A DNA stretch of 26,604 nucleotides from Candidatus Stygibacter frigidus (GTDB taxonomy: Bacteria; Cloacimonadota; Cloacimonadia; Cloacimonadales; TCS61). The position numbers were made by a program, and so were the translations under genes. The DNA lies in the NCBI GenBank assembly GCA_030765325.1, contig JAVCCT010000055.1, positions 1 to 26,604 of the forward strand, given 5' to 3'. The notes beneath the pieces are model-generated. The model saw nothing but the letters and a program-made list of their open reading frames with translations. It did no database searches and had not been told where the DNA came from. Each line of letters begins with the position of its first letter. Position 1 is the first letter of the stretch. Of this stretch, positions 1 through 7,854 are shown piece by piece.

Positions 1-1
1 G

Positions 2-778
2 GATGGAGAAGATGCCCTTGATAAACTGGAGTACCAGAAATTTGACCTTTATGTTCTTGATATATGCATGCCGCGCATGGATGGAATGCAATTGATGAAA
101 GAGATCAAGCGCCGACACCCATTTGCAGTAATAATTATCACTACTGGGTTTTCTACGCTTGAAAATGCAGTTAGAGCAATACGCGAAGGGGCATTTCATT
201 ATATCGCCAAACCGATCATGGCAGACGAATTTCTTGATGTTGTAAGGCGAGGATTTGCGTACGCTGAGAGTTTGGGTTCTCCAGATATAATCGAACCGGG
301 TACAAAGACAAAACTTGAAAAAACCTTACCACAAATGCTAAAAGGATTTTCGGCTGATGATGTGATGCAATTTGAGGAGATATCTATTATCAGACATTAT
401 CAACCGGGAGATATAGTGCCTTTAGATGATAAAAACGGGAGTATTATACTCGTGGAAACAGGGGAGCTTGGAGTATTATTGGGTACAATAAAGGTTGAGT
501 CATTATATTCTGGTCAGTGTTGGGGAGAAGAATCCTTTTTGAATATCAGCTATTTATTTACAGGTTTAAGAGCAGTGACAGAATCCAGAGTACGTCATTT
601 TCGGCGTCAGCAGATCATGGAATTTTTCCGTTTCAGAGATGAACGAGCTCTCAAGCGATATACAATCAATTTGATGTATATATTTTATCAGCGCTGGAAG
701 AGTGCCCTTGGTAAACTGGGATTATTTGTGGGATATGAAAAAGTAACAAAAGAGAATGATGATGAATCTAAAGTTTGA
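2..778 (+). CDS. Response regulator (REC) fused to a C-terminal cNMP-binding-like domain; 5'-truncated by the window edge
   Basis: The frame is open from base 2 (DGEDALDKLEYQKFDLYVLDICMPRMDG). It has the phosphoacceptor 'LDICMP', 'IIITTGF' and 'YIAKP' receiver motifs. The C-terminal half resembles a CAP/cNMP beta-barrel (FSADDVMQF...YQPGD...ETGEL...GQCWGEESFL). Confidence 0.8.
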   Translation, partial: DGEDALDKLEYQKFDLYVLDICMPRMDGMQLMKEIKRRHPFAVIIITTGFSTLENAVRAIREGAFHYIAKPIMADEFLDVVRRGFAYAESLGSPDIIEPGTKTKLEKTLPQMLKGFSADDVMQFEEISIIRHYQPGDIVPLDDKNGSIILVETGELGVLLGTIKVESLYSGQCWGEESFLNISYLFTGLRAVTESRVRHFRRQQIMEFFRFRDERALKRYTINLMYIFYQRWKSALGKLGLFVGYEKVTKENDDESKV

Positions 779-1970
779 TATTAGTGAACAAGAGATAAGT
801 GATGTACCTTTACGGGGGCGTCCCCGGATAAGATATTTACATAAATTATTATTAAAAAACCGGGGCTGGCAGGTGTATAGTGACGAATTAACAGCCCATT
901 TCCTGGATTTAATGACCACCAAAAAAGCTTCTGACCTTGATATGGGAGCTCCTGGATGTCAGCATAAAATATGGATGAGAATTGATGGATATAAATCACC
1001 ATTACCAGAATATAAAGATTTAAGAAAATTTGATGAAGAGCTATTTATCCTTAGTTTTGTGGAAGAAGAATATTTGGAGCAACTCCTGTCATATGGCGCT
1101 TTGGATCTGGCAGTTAATCCCCAGGCTGGTGAACATAACAGAAGGGCAAGAGGAAATGTATATCTTGATCAGGGAGTCATGGCATTAAATATGCGGTTAA
1201 TAAATGAAACCCCCATGTCACTTATCAATTTAGGCTTTTCACAAGCAGTAATAGACAGGCTTGATATGGATAAGGAAAAATTCGGGTTAACATTGATAAC
1301 CGGTTTGACTGGATCAGGCAAAAGCACAACTCTTGATGCAGTGATAGATTATAATAATATGCATAATAATGGAGAAATCATTATTATTGGTAACCCGATA
1401 GAATACATTCATCCATCCAAGAAATGCCTGGTGAGGCACCGCGAAGTAGGTTCCGATGTAGAATCCTTTGCTGGAGGGATCATTCAGTCACTCAGGCAGG
1501 ATCCCGATATGATAGTGATTGGAGAGATCAGGAATTCCACTGAAATAGCAGCAGCATTGGAAATTACGGATAGTGGTCATAAGACGTTTTCAACTTTACA
1601 TACCAGTTCTGCGACCGATACTCTACATAGATTTATAGCTGAATTTCCGGCAAATGAGCAGGATAGAATACGGCACAGATTGGCTGATACAATTAGCATA
1701 GTAATCTCTCAAAGACTTATTCCCGGTAGAATGAAAGGACGTGTGATGGCAAGAGAAATTCTATCAGTAGATAGCTCTGTGAGAGCAGCTATTCACAATA
1801 ATAATTTAGCTGAAATTTATCAAATGATGAATGAGGGTCAAGCGAGAGGGATGCTCACAATGGAACAGGATTTATTCCGATTATACAGGAAGGGTCACAT
1901 CACAAAAGAAACTGCAGTGAATTATTCAAATAATAAAGTGAGAATTGCACAACTTATGCAGTACACTTAA
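756..1970 (+). CDS. pilT: PilT/PilU-family type IV pilus ATPase (atypical Asp box)
   Basis: Motifs: KASDL...MRIDG, Walker A GLTGSGKS, SLRQDPD, Walker B IVIGEIR, His box SGHKTFSTLHT, and C-terminal GMLTMEQDL. The start overlaps the upstream gene. Confidence 0.85.
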   Translation: MMMNLKFDISEQEISDVPLRGRPRIRYLHKLLLKNRGWQVYSDELTAHFLDLMTTKKASDLDMGAPGCQHKIWMRIDGYKSPLPEYKDLRKFDEELFILSFVEEEYLEQLLSYGALDLAVNPQAGEHNRRARGNVYLDQGVMALNMRLINETPMSLINLGFSQAVIDRLDMDKEKFGLTLITGLTGSGKSTTLDAVIDYNNMHNNGEIIIIGNPIEYIHPSKKCLVRHREVGSDVESFAGGIIQSLRQDPDMIVIGEIRNSTEIAAALEITDSGHKTFSTLHTSSATDTLHRFIAEFPANEQDRIRHRLADTISIVISQRLIPGRMKGRVMAREILSVDSSVRAAIHNNNLAEIYQMMNEGQARGMLTMEQDLFRLYRKGHITKETAVNYSNNKVRIAQLMQYT

Positions 1971-1979
1971 GGTAAGGAT

Positions 1980-4013
1980 ATGGCAAAAAAATACCGGAAG
2001 TATTATTTTGGAATATTTGAAGATGGACCTATACTGAAGATAGCTCAGATAATAAATAGCAATGGACATCCGATTTTAATTGATATTAAAAAGACCGAGA
2101 TGGAAAATTCAATTTATCATGATACCTCGCGAAATTATGACAATCAGCCTACTGAAGTGAATGCAAACGAACTGGGGGTAGATTCTCTTCCTGATATTAA
2201 TCTTGAGGAAAGCGGTGACCTGGATTCAGTGATTTCTCCCCATGAACATTTATTGAGTGTATTCCCCTTAAATCAAGGTAGAATAGGTCTTAATGCTAAT
2301 GATGAAAGACTGGCTGTAAATTATACGGATAGATCACTCCGCAGCTTATCAAGACGCGATCTGATTAAATTAAATTTAGTAAATTCAGATGAGATGCGTG
2401 ATAAGGATGTGATGTGGGGGCTGGTTCCAACAGCCCAGGATCAAACTTGCATAATTATTCATAAAGGTGAGAATCGGCTATTCAGTTATCTTCAGAGATA
2501 TAATAAAATTCAGAGTGAGCGGAAATATTTTTACAGCTTGATTGATAGTAATGATATCTCGTTGATCAATGCTGCAAGAATGAACTATGAATTTGATAAA
2601 GAAGATGATGTACTGGTAATTTATCTTGGATTTGATTATAAAAAAGGTATTTTGATGAAAGGCGATGAATTCGTTAAGAGCCTGCCGATTATAACAAGTT
2701 CAGAATCTCTTGATCTGGAGCGGGAGATTTGCTCAAGATTGGCTTTATATCAGGATGAGATGGAAATTCCCCATGTTGATAAAGTGATAGTTTGCGGTGA
2801 ATATTGCCAGGACGTGATGCTGGAAGCAATTGCCGATACGTTTCCATCAACAGAAGTGGTAAGGTTCAAATTTAGTAATCTGCTATTTTCGGAAGAATTA
2901 GGGGATGATATTCCAGAAGAAGAGCTTGCTGCTAATGTGATACCTATATCACTTGCCTGCAAGATATTATTCAATAAATCATCAAATTTAATTCAGACAA
3001 ATTTCCTTGAGAAAAGTGTAATTAAAAGCCAGAAACTGGTTCAATTCTCCTGGCATAGTTTTTTAATGTTAGCAATTCTGTTAGGGATAACTTTTACATT
3101 TACCAATAATATCCTGGAACTTCAGAATAAATTGAAAGTAATGGAAGTGCAGCTTGAGAACAAAAAAAATGAATATGAAAAAGCGAAATCTGAACATGAT
3201 ACCAATCCTAATATTGCAAATGATATCAGGCGTCTAACTACACAATTTGAGAAAATGAAGTCCCTCTATAGTAATAAAGCGATCTGGTCACAGATCCTGG
3301 AAAACTTAACCCAGGAATTTAATAAATATCCAGTAAGCTGGCTTTCTAATATTCAAGGGAATCAGGATGGGTTCACGATATCCGGGTCAACCACAAAGCG
3401 TGAGAATATTGTGAAAATCTGCAGCAGCTTTCCTGATGGAACAATAAAAAGTGTAATGTCAGCTGAATGGGAAAAGAGAACAATATGGAATTTTGAAATC
3501 CGATATAGTTATCTGCCGGCATTACCAATAGTGCAAAGCTGGGCGGAAAAGAAATCTCAGGATATAGTTGATAATACAAATCAGAAGATAAAAAAGCAGG
3601 TTAGCACAACTAAAAAAGCTAAAAACAACATGGACCCTGAATACATAAAATATCAACAAATAACTGATGAATATTACAGTTATCATCATGATGATATGAT
3701 CATCCATGCTCAGGATTTTATTAAAAAATATCCTAAGAGTCCGCTGGTAGCAAATTGCAGATATTTAATAGGGGAGATTTATTATAGAAATGGAAAAATA
3801 AGCGAGGCAGAAAAGTTGTTTGATGAGGTATTGAAGGTGGAAAGCACTATGGAACCCTATGCATTATATCAACTTGCACAAATTTATTCAAAGACAGATC
3901 GACAATATCTGGCAATTGTGAATCTAAATTTAGTTACAAAGAAATTTCCAGGAAGCGAAGTGATCTCAAAAGCTAAAATATTATTCAATGAATTGGCGGC
4001 TTATCATGAATAA
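1980..4013 (+). CDS. PilM-like cytoplasmic domain + TM + PilN-like domain + C-terminal TPR (GspL-like fusion)
   Basis: Degenerate actin-like PilM motifs (YFGIFEDGPILKIA; LVIYLGFDYKKGILMKG; VDKVIVCGE), one TM segment (SFLMLAILLGITFTF), a coiled coil, a PilN-like segment (WSQILENL...SWLSNIQG...FTISGS) and a YbgF/BamD-like TPR (FIKKYPKSPLVANCRYLIGEIYY...ALYQLAQIY). Position between pilT and a secretin supports the call. Confidence 0.65.
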   Translation: MAKKYRKYYFGIFEDGPILKIAQIINSNGHPILIDIKKTEMENSIYHDTSRNYDNQPTEVNANELGVDSLPDINLEESGDLDSVISPHEHLLSVFPLNQGRIGLNANDERLAVNYTDRSLRSLSRRDLIKLNLVNSDEMRDKDVMWGLVPTAQDQTCIIIHKGENRLFSYLQRYNKIQSERKYFYSLIDSNDISLINAARMNYEFDKEDDVLVIYLGFDYKKGILMKGDEFVKSLPIITSSESLDLEREICSRLALYQDEMEIPHVDKVIVCGEYCQDVMLEAIADTFPSTEVVRFKFSNLLFSEELGDDIPEEELAANVIPISLACKILFNKSSNLIQTNFLEKSVIKSQKLVQFSWHSFLMLAILLGITFTFTNNILELQNKLKVMEVQLENKKNEYEKAKSEHDTNPNIANDIRRLTTQFEKMKSLYSNKAIWSQILENLTQEFNKYPVSWLSNIQGNQDGFTISGSTTKRENIVKICSSFPDGTIKSVMSAEWEKRTIWNFEIRYSYLPALPIVQSWAEKKSQDIVDNTNQKIKKQVSTTKKAKNNMDPEYIKYQQITDEYYSYHHDDMIIHAQDFIKKYPKSPLVANCRYLIGEIYYRNGKISEAEKLFDEVLKVESTMEPYALYQLAQIYSKTDRQYLAIVNLNLVTKKFPGSEVISKAKILFNELAAYHE

Positions 4014-4893
4014 TGCACTAAGAATAACTTTAATTGTTTTTGCTCTATTGATCCTGGTATTGGTAGCTGGCACATGGTATAAAAATCAAAACCAGAAGAA
4101 GGTTGCCATAATCAATCAACAGATAGTTGATCTGGATGGTAAGATCAAGAAAATTCAGGAGGAATATGCTCAGAGCATAGAATTGAGAAAAGAATTGGAA
4201 AGAGTAAAGGCTGAGGTAGATAAATTTGATAAATCAATTATAAGATATGATAGTCCTCCAGTTACTTATCAGTATTTGCTCAATATTCTTGATATGATGA
4301 AAGATAATATGATCTTCAATTTCAATTATGCAGGGCAGAAACAGTCTGAAGGAATGTTATTAAATTCCTACTTGATCAAGGGGACAGCGGGTCTCAATGA
4401 TGTTTATCAGCTGGTTTCACATCTTGAAAAACAAAAGTCTATATATTATGTTTATAATCTGGCAATTACTGCACCCGAGATAACGGCTACGGATACAATT
4501 AACTATTCATTTATGTTAGATTCGATAAGTGAAAGTGCTGTTCCGCAAAAAGTAGATATGGAGTTGAAAAAGATTGATATAAATCGCAAAGTGGATAGAT
4601 TATTTACTTGTGAATTGCTGGAAGAGAGACTTAATGCAGAAAAAGCGATTCGAATGCGCAATGAAGGTTTAATGGACTTAAGTAGTTTGAGCTTGATAGC
4701 CATCAGAGGGGATGAAGCTATTTTCAGTGACAGCCAGGGAATTTTACATGTTCTCGTTTCTGGAGATACCATTATGAACGGAATTCTTACAGAAGTTAAT
4801 GAAGAAAGTGGAATTGTGAAATTCAATATGAATTTGGGTAAAGGCAAGAATGAAGAAAGGGTTTATAATATTGGAAGTGGAGGCAATAAATGA
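4006..4893 (+). CDS. PilO-like membrane protein with a probable PilP/GspC-HR-like C-terminal domain
   Basis: N-terminal TM, coiled coil and PilO/GspM-like ferredoxin segment (YLIKGTAGLNDVYQLVSHLEK), then a beta-rich tail (LSLIAIRGDEAIFSDSQG...VSGDTIMNGILTEV). ATG 4006 is preferred because it overlaps the upstream stop; the ORF track starts at 3988. Confidence 0.55.
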   Translation: MNNALRITLIVFALLILVLVAGTWYKNQNQKKVAIINQQIVDLDGKIKKIQEEYAQSIELRKELERVKAEVDKFDKSIIRYDSPPVTYQYLLNILDMMKDNMIFNFNYAGQKQSEGMLLNSYLIKGTAGLNDVYQLVSHLEKQKSIYYVYNLAITAPEITATDTINYSFMLDSISESAVPQKVDMELKKIDINRKVDRLFTCELLEERLNAEKAIRMRNEGLMDLSSLSLIAIRGDEAIFSDSQGILHVLVSGDTIMNGILTEVNEESGIVKFNMNLGKGKNEERVYNIGSGGNK

Positions 4894-5978
4894 TCAGGTC
4901 AAAAAAGACAGGGATAATAGTTTTATTTCTTATCCTGATAACTTTACAGCTTATCAGTAAGGATGTGAGCAGTGATACAATCTCTTTAAGCAGAAATACT
5001 ACTATCAATGATGCCTTAACTACTATTGAAGTGATTTCCATCAGAACAGAAGGAAAAAAGATCTACAATCTGTCTTCTTCAAATTCTGCTATAGGAGTTC
5101 CAATAAAAAATACTAACTGGAAAGATGCACTTGAGATTATATGTAAAATCCATAATCTCACAATTGAAGAACGCGCTGGAACAATTATGATCAGTGATGC
5201 AGAAGCGAAATCTGAAGCAGAAAATGTGAACCTGAACAATAGGCAGGTAAAAATCAGTGCTTCTGTTCTGGAGATAAATAAGACTGTTGCTGAAAACATC
5301 GGAATAAACTGGTCAACTATCATTGATGGAGCAGTAAATTTTTCCGGTAGTTTAGCCTTTAAAGGAGCTTCAGCTGTTGGATCAGATCTATTTCAGGCTG
5401 CAGGAACAAGCACCACTGATTCTGGAGATCAGAGAATCCAGGTTGATGCACTAATGGCAATACTGGAAGAGAATCAGGATGGCAGGGTGTTAGCAAAACC
5501 CTCAATTAATGTTGATTCCGGTGAAAAAGGATATATTCAGGTTGGTAAGGATTTCTCCATTAAAACTGTTGATGATGCTGGAAATACTACTGATCAGTTT
5601 TTTTCCACGGGTGTAATTCTGGACGTTACTCCTACGATAATTAGTGACGAAGAAGGTAATGAAGCGATCAATATGAAGATTTCGGTTGAAAGATCTTCTG
5701 CTATCCCCGGTGAGGTTTCTACTGAAATCACTAAGAGTAGAGCAACCAGCTCTATTACTATGTATGATGGAGAAGAAACCACTATTGGTGGGTTATATGA
5801 CAAAGATGAAACTACTTCACGTGGTGGTGTGCCGATCTTAAAAGATCTGCCCTGGTGGTTTCTGGGATTAAGATATCTTTTTGGTTATGAAATAAATAAT
5901 GTTTCGGAAAAGGAACTTGTGATCATTATTAAAGCAGAGTTAATTGATTCAGTACTGATTAGAAGTGCAAAAGAGTAA
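4890..5978 (+). CDS. Short secretin (PilQ/GspD family)
   Basis: Signal peptide, N0-like segment (NWKDALEIICKIHNL), and secretin-domain motifs QVKISASVLE, VLAKPSI, GVILDVTP, TIGGL, GVPILKDLP..GLRYLF, ELVIII. ATGA overlap with the upstream gene. Confidence 0.85.
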   Translation: MIRSKKTGIIVLFLILITLQLISKDVSSDTISLSRNTTINDALTTIEVISIRTEGKKIYNLSSSNSAIGVPIKNTNWKDALEIICKIHNLTIEERAGTIMISDAEAKSEAENVNLNNRQVKISASVLEINKTVAENIGINWSTIIDGAVNFSGSLAFKGASAVGSDLFQAAGTSTTDSGDQRIQVDALMAILEENQDGRVLAKPSINVDSGEKGYIQVGKDFSIKTVDDAGNTTDQFFSTGVILDVTPTIISDEEGNEAINMKISVERSSAIPGEVSTEITKSRATSSITMYDGEETTIGGLYDKDETTSRGGVPILKDLPWWFLGLRYLFGYEINNVSEKELVIIIKAELIDSVLIRSAKE

Positions 5979-5982
5979 TATT

Positions 5983-7830
5983 ATGAAATCTTATAAACTG
6001 CTGTTTAGTTTAATTTTGATTGTTTTATTTACTCTTTTAACCCTGGGAGGATGTGGTTCAGCCACTTCTCTTGATGATGTTGATTATCCTGTGGGTTTAA
6101 GTATAGAGAAACTTACTAATTTTAGTGTAGGACTTACCTGGATGTATGAACCTGCTGATGGTGATACATTATATTATCAGGTTGCAAGAAAAGTCGGTAT
6201 AGATGAATGGGTAGAAAACTATATGATCCTTGATAGTGATGTTTATGAAGCAATTGATTATATACCCACAAGTGACAGTTTGGTGTATGCCTATAAAGTA
6301 AGATATTATGATCAATCTCTGGATACTGTTTCTCCCTATTCAGAAGTTATTGCCTATTTATCTGAATACACCTATCCTACAGATATGGAGATCAATCAGA
6401 TTACTCAAGAGACTCTGGAGATTACCTGGATAGATCATTGTCAGGGCGAAGATGGTTACGTGATAGATAGAAAAGTAAATGAAGGTGAATGGGAAAATGG
6501 ATATGTACTATTAGCTGCAGATAAGACCCAAATTAGTGACAATGTAAATTTATTTGATAATATTTCTTATCGTGTTTATGCCTATATTGGTACTTCTGAG
6601 ACAAGTGATCTGACAAAAGAGCACTTTGCCACTTTGCAGCCTCCTTCAGGATTATCGAGCAATATCCCTGATTTAAATAAGATAAGATTGAATTGGCAGG
6701 ATAACAGTGCTGGAGAAGATGGTTTTATCATTGATAAGATGACTGGGGATCAGGAATGGATAACTGATTATACTGTCGTTGACAGTAATATAACTACCTA
6801 TATTGATGATAATATTTTACCTTGTGGTGTTCTAAAATATCGCATTAAAGCATATAAAGACCAGTTTGTATCAGAATATTCCAATATTGATACATTATAT
6901 ATTAACATGGAGTTAATTGGTTCGTATCCCACCCCGGGTACTGCTCTACAGGTTTTCATTCCGGTAAGTAACTATTACATCCCTGAATGGACAGCTTTTA
7001 TTTCTGATGGCTATGAGGGATTGGCTATTGTAGATTGCAGCAATCCTTCCAGTCCATCTCCGATTAATACTTACCAGAATCTGTGGGGGGACAGGACATT
7101 GTCTGCTTTTGTCTCAGATAACTTTTTATATGTAGCAACTCAAAGTTTGGCAAATGCGGTGGGCGGTATTCAAAAGATTGATATCACAAATATTCAATCA
7201 CCGATAATTTCAAATGTGACTGAAACTACTGGAATTCCCAAGGATTTATATGTTGAAGGTGACTTCGCTTATATGGCAGAAGGAAGCAATGGTGTAACTA
7301 TTATGTATATTGCTTCATCATACCCGGCTGTTGTTTCAAATATTCCCCTAAGCGATGCCAGAAAAATATTTGTTTTACAGAAATACGGTAATGTGTATGC
7401 CTTTGTAGCGAATGGGCTAAATAATGGTATGGTTATTATTGATGTTACTGATCCTTACAATCCAGTACAGATTTCTGATCTGCCTTTTGAGGGATTAGCT
7501 AATGATATTTTCGTTGCAGATGATATTGCCTATCTCTCAAACGGTGAAAATGGACTCGAAATCATTGATATCAGCAGCTTAAATGCTCCTTATGTTATTA
7601 AAAATATCTCTACTGGTGGTTTTTCTAACGGAGTATTTGTCGAAAATAATTATGCTTATATATCAGATATTGAAATGGGATTTTATGTGATAGACTGCGT
7701 CAGCCCCGTCAATGCTTATATTCTTGGCAGTCTGGAAATGGAATCGGAACCTGCTTCTATACATATCGCTGGAAGTTACGCTTATATTACAGATAATGCG
7801 GGACTTAAAATTATTAAAATTAAACCATAA
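5983..7830 (+). CDS. Lipoprotein with three fibronectin type III-like domains and an LVIVD-repeat beta-propeller
   Basis: Lipobox LGGC after a hydrophobic signal (ATG 5983 preferred over GTG 5965). Three Fn3-like units (LTW/ITW/LNW...Y[KR]V.AY) and about seven LVIVD-type blades (e.g. AFISDGYEGLAIVDCSNP, YAFVANGLNNGMVIIDVTDP). Confidence 0.8.
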   Translation: MKSYKLLFSLILIVLFTLLTLGGCGSATSLDDVDYPVGLSIEKLTNFSVGLTWMYEPADGDTLYYQVARKVGIDEWVENYMILDSDVYEAIDYIPTSDSLVYAYKVRYYDQSLDTVSPYSEVIAYLSEYTYPTDMEINQITQETLEITWIDHCQGEDGYVIDRKVNEGEWENGYVLLAADKTQISDNVNLFDNISYRVYAYIGTSETSDLTKEHFATLQPPSGLSSNIPDLNKIRLNWQDNSAGEDGFIIDKMTGDQEWITDYTVVDSNITTYIDDNILPCGVLKYRIKAYKDQFVSEYSNIDTLYINMELIGSYPTPGTALQVFIPVSNYYIPEWTAFISDGYEGLAIVDCSNPSSPSPINTYQNLWGDRTLSAFVSDNFLYVATQSLANAVGGIQKIDITNIQSPIISNVTETTGIPKDLYVEGDFAYMAEGSNGVTIMYIASSYPAVVSNIPLSDARKIFVLQKYGNVYAFVANGLNNGMVIIDVTDPYNPVQISDLPFEGLANDIFVADDIAYLSNGENGLEIIDISSLNAPYVIKNISTGGFSNGVFVENNYAYISDIEMGFYVIDCVSPVNAYILGSLEMESEPASIHIAGSYAYITDNAGLKIIKIKP

Positions 7831-7854
7831 ACAAAAATCCATTAGGAGGATATT

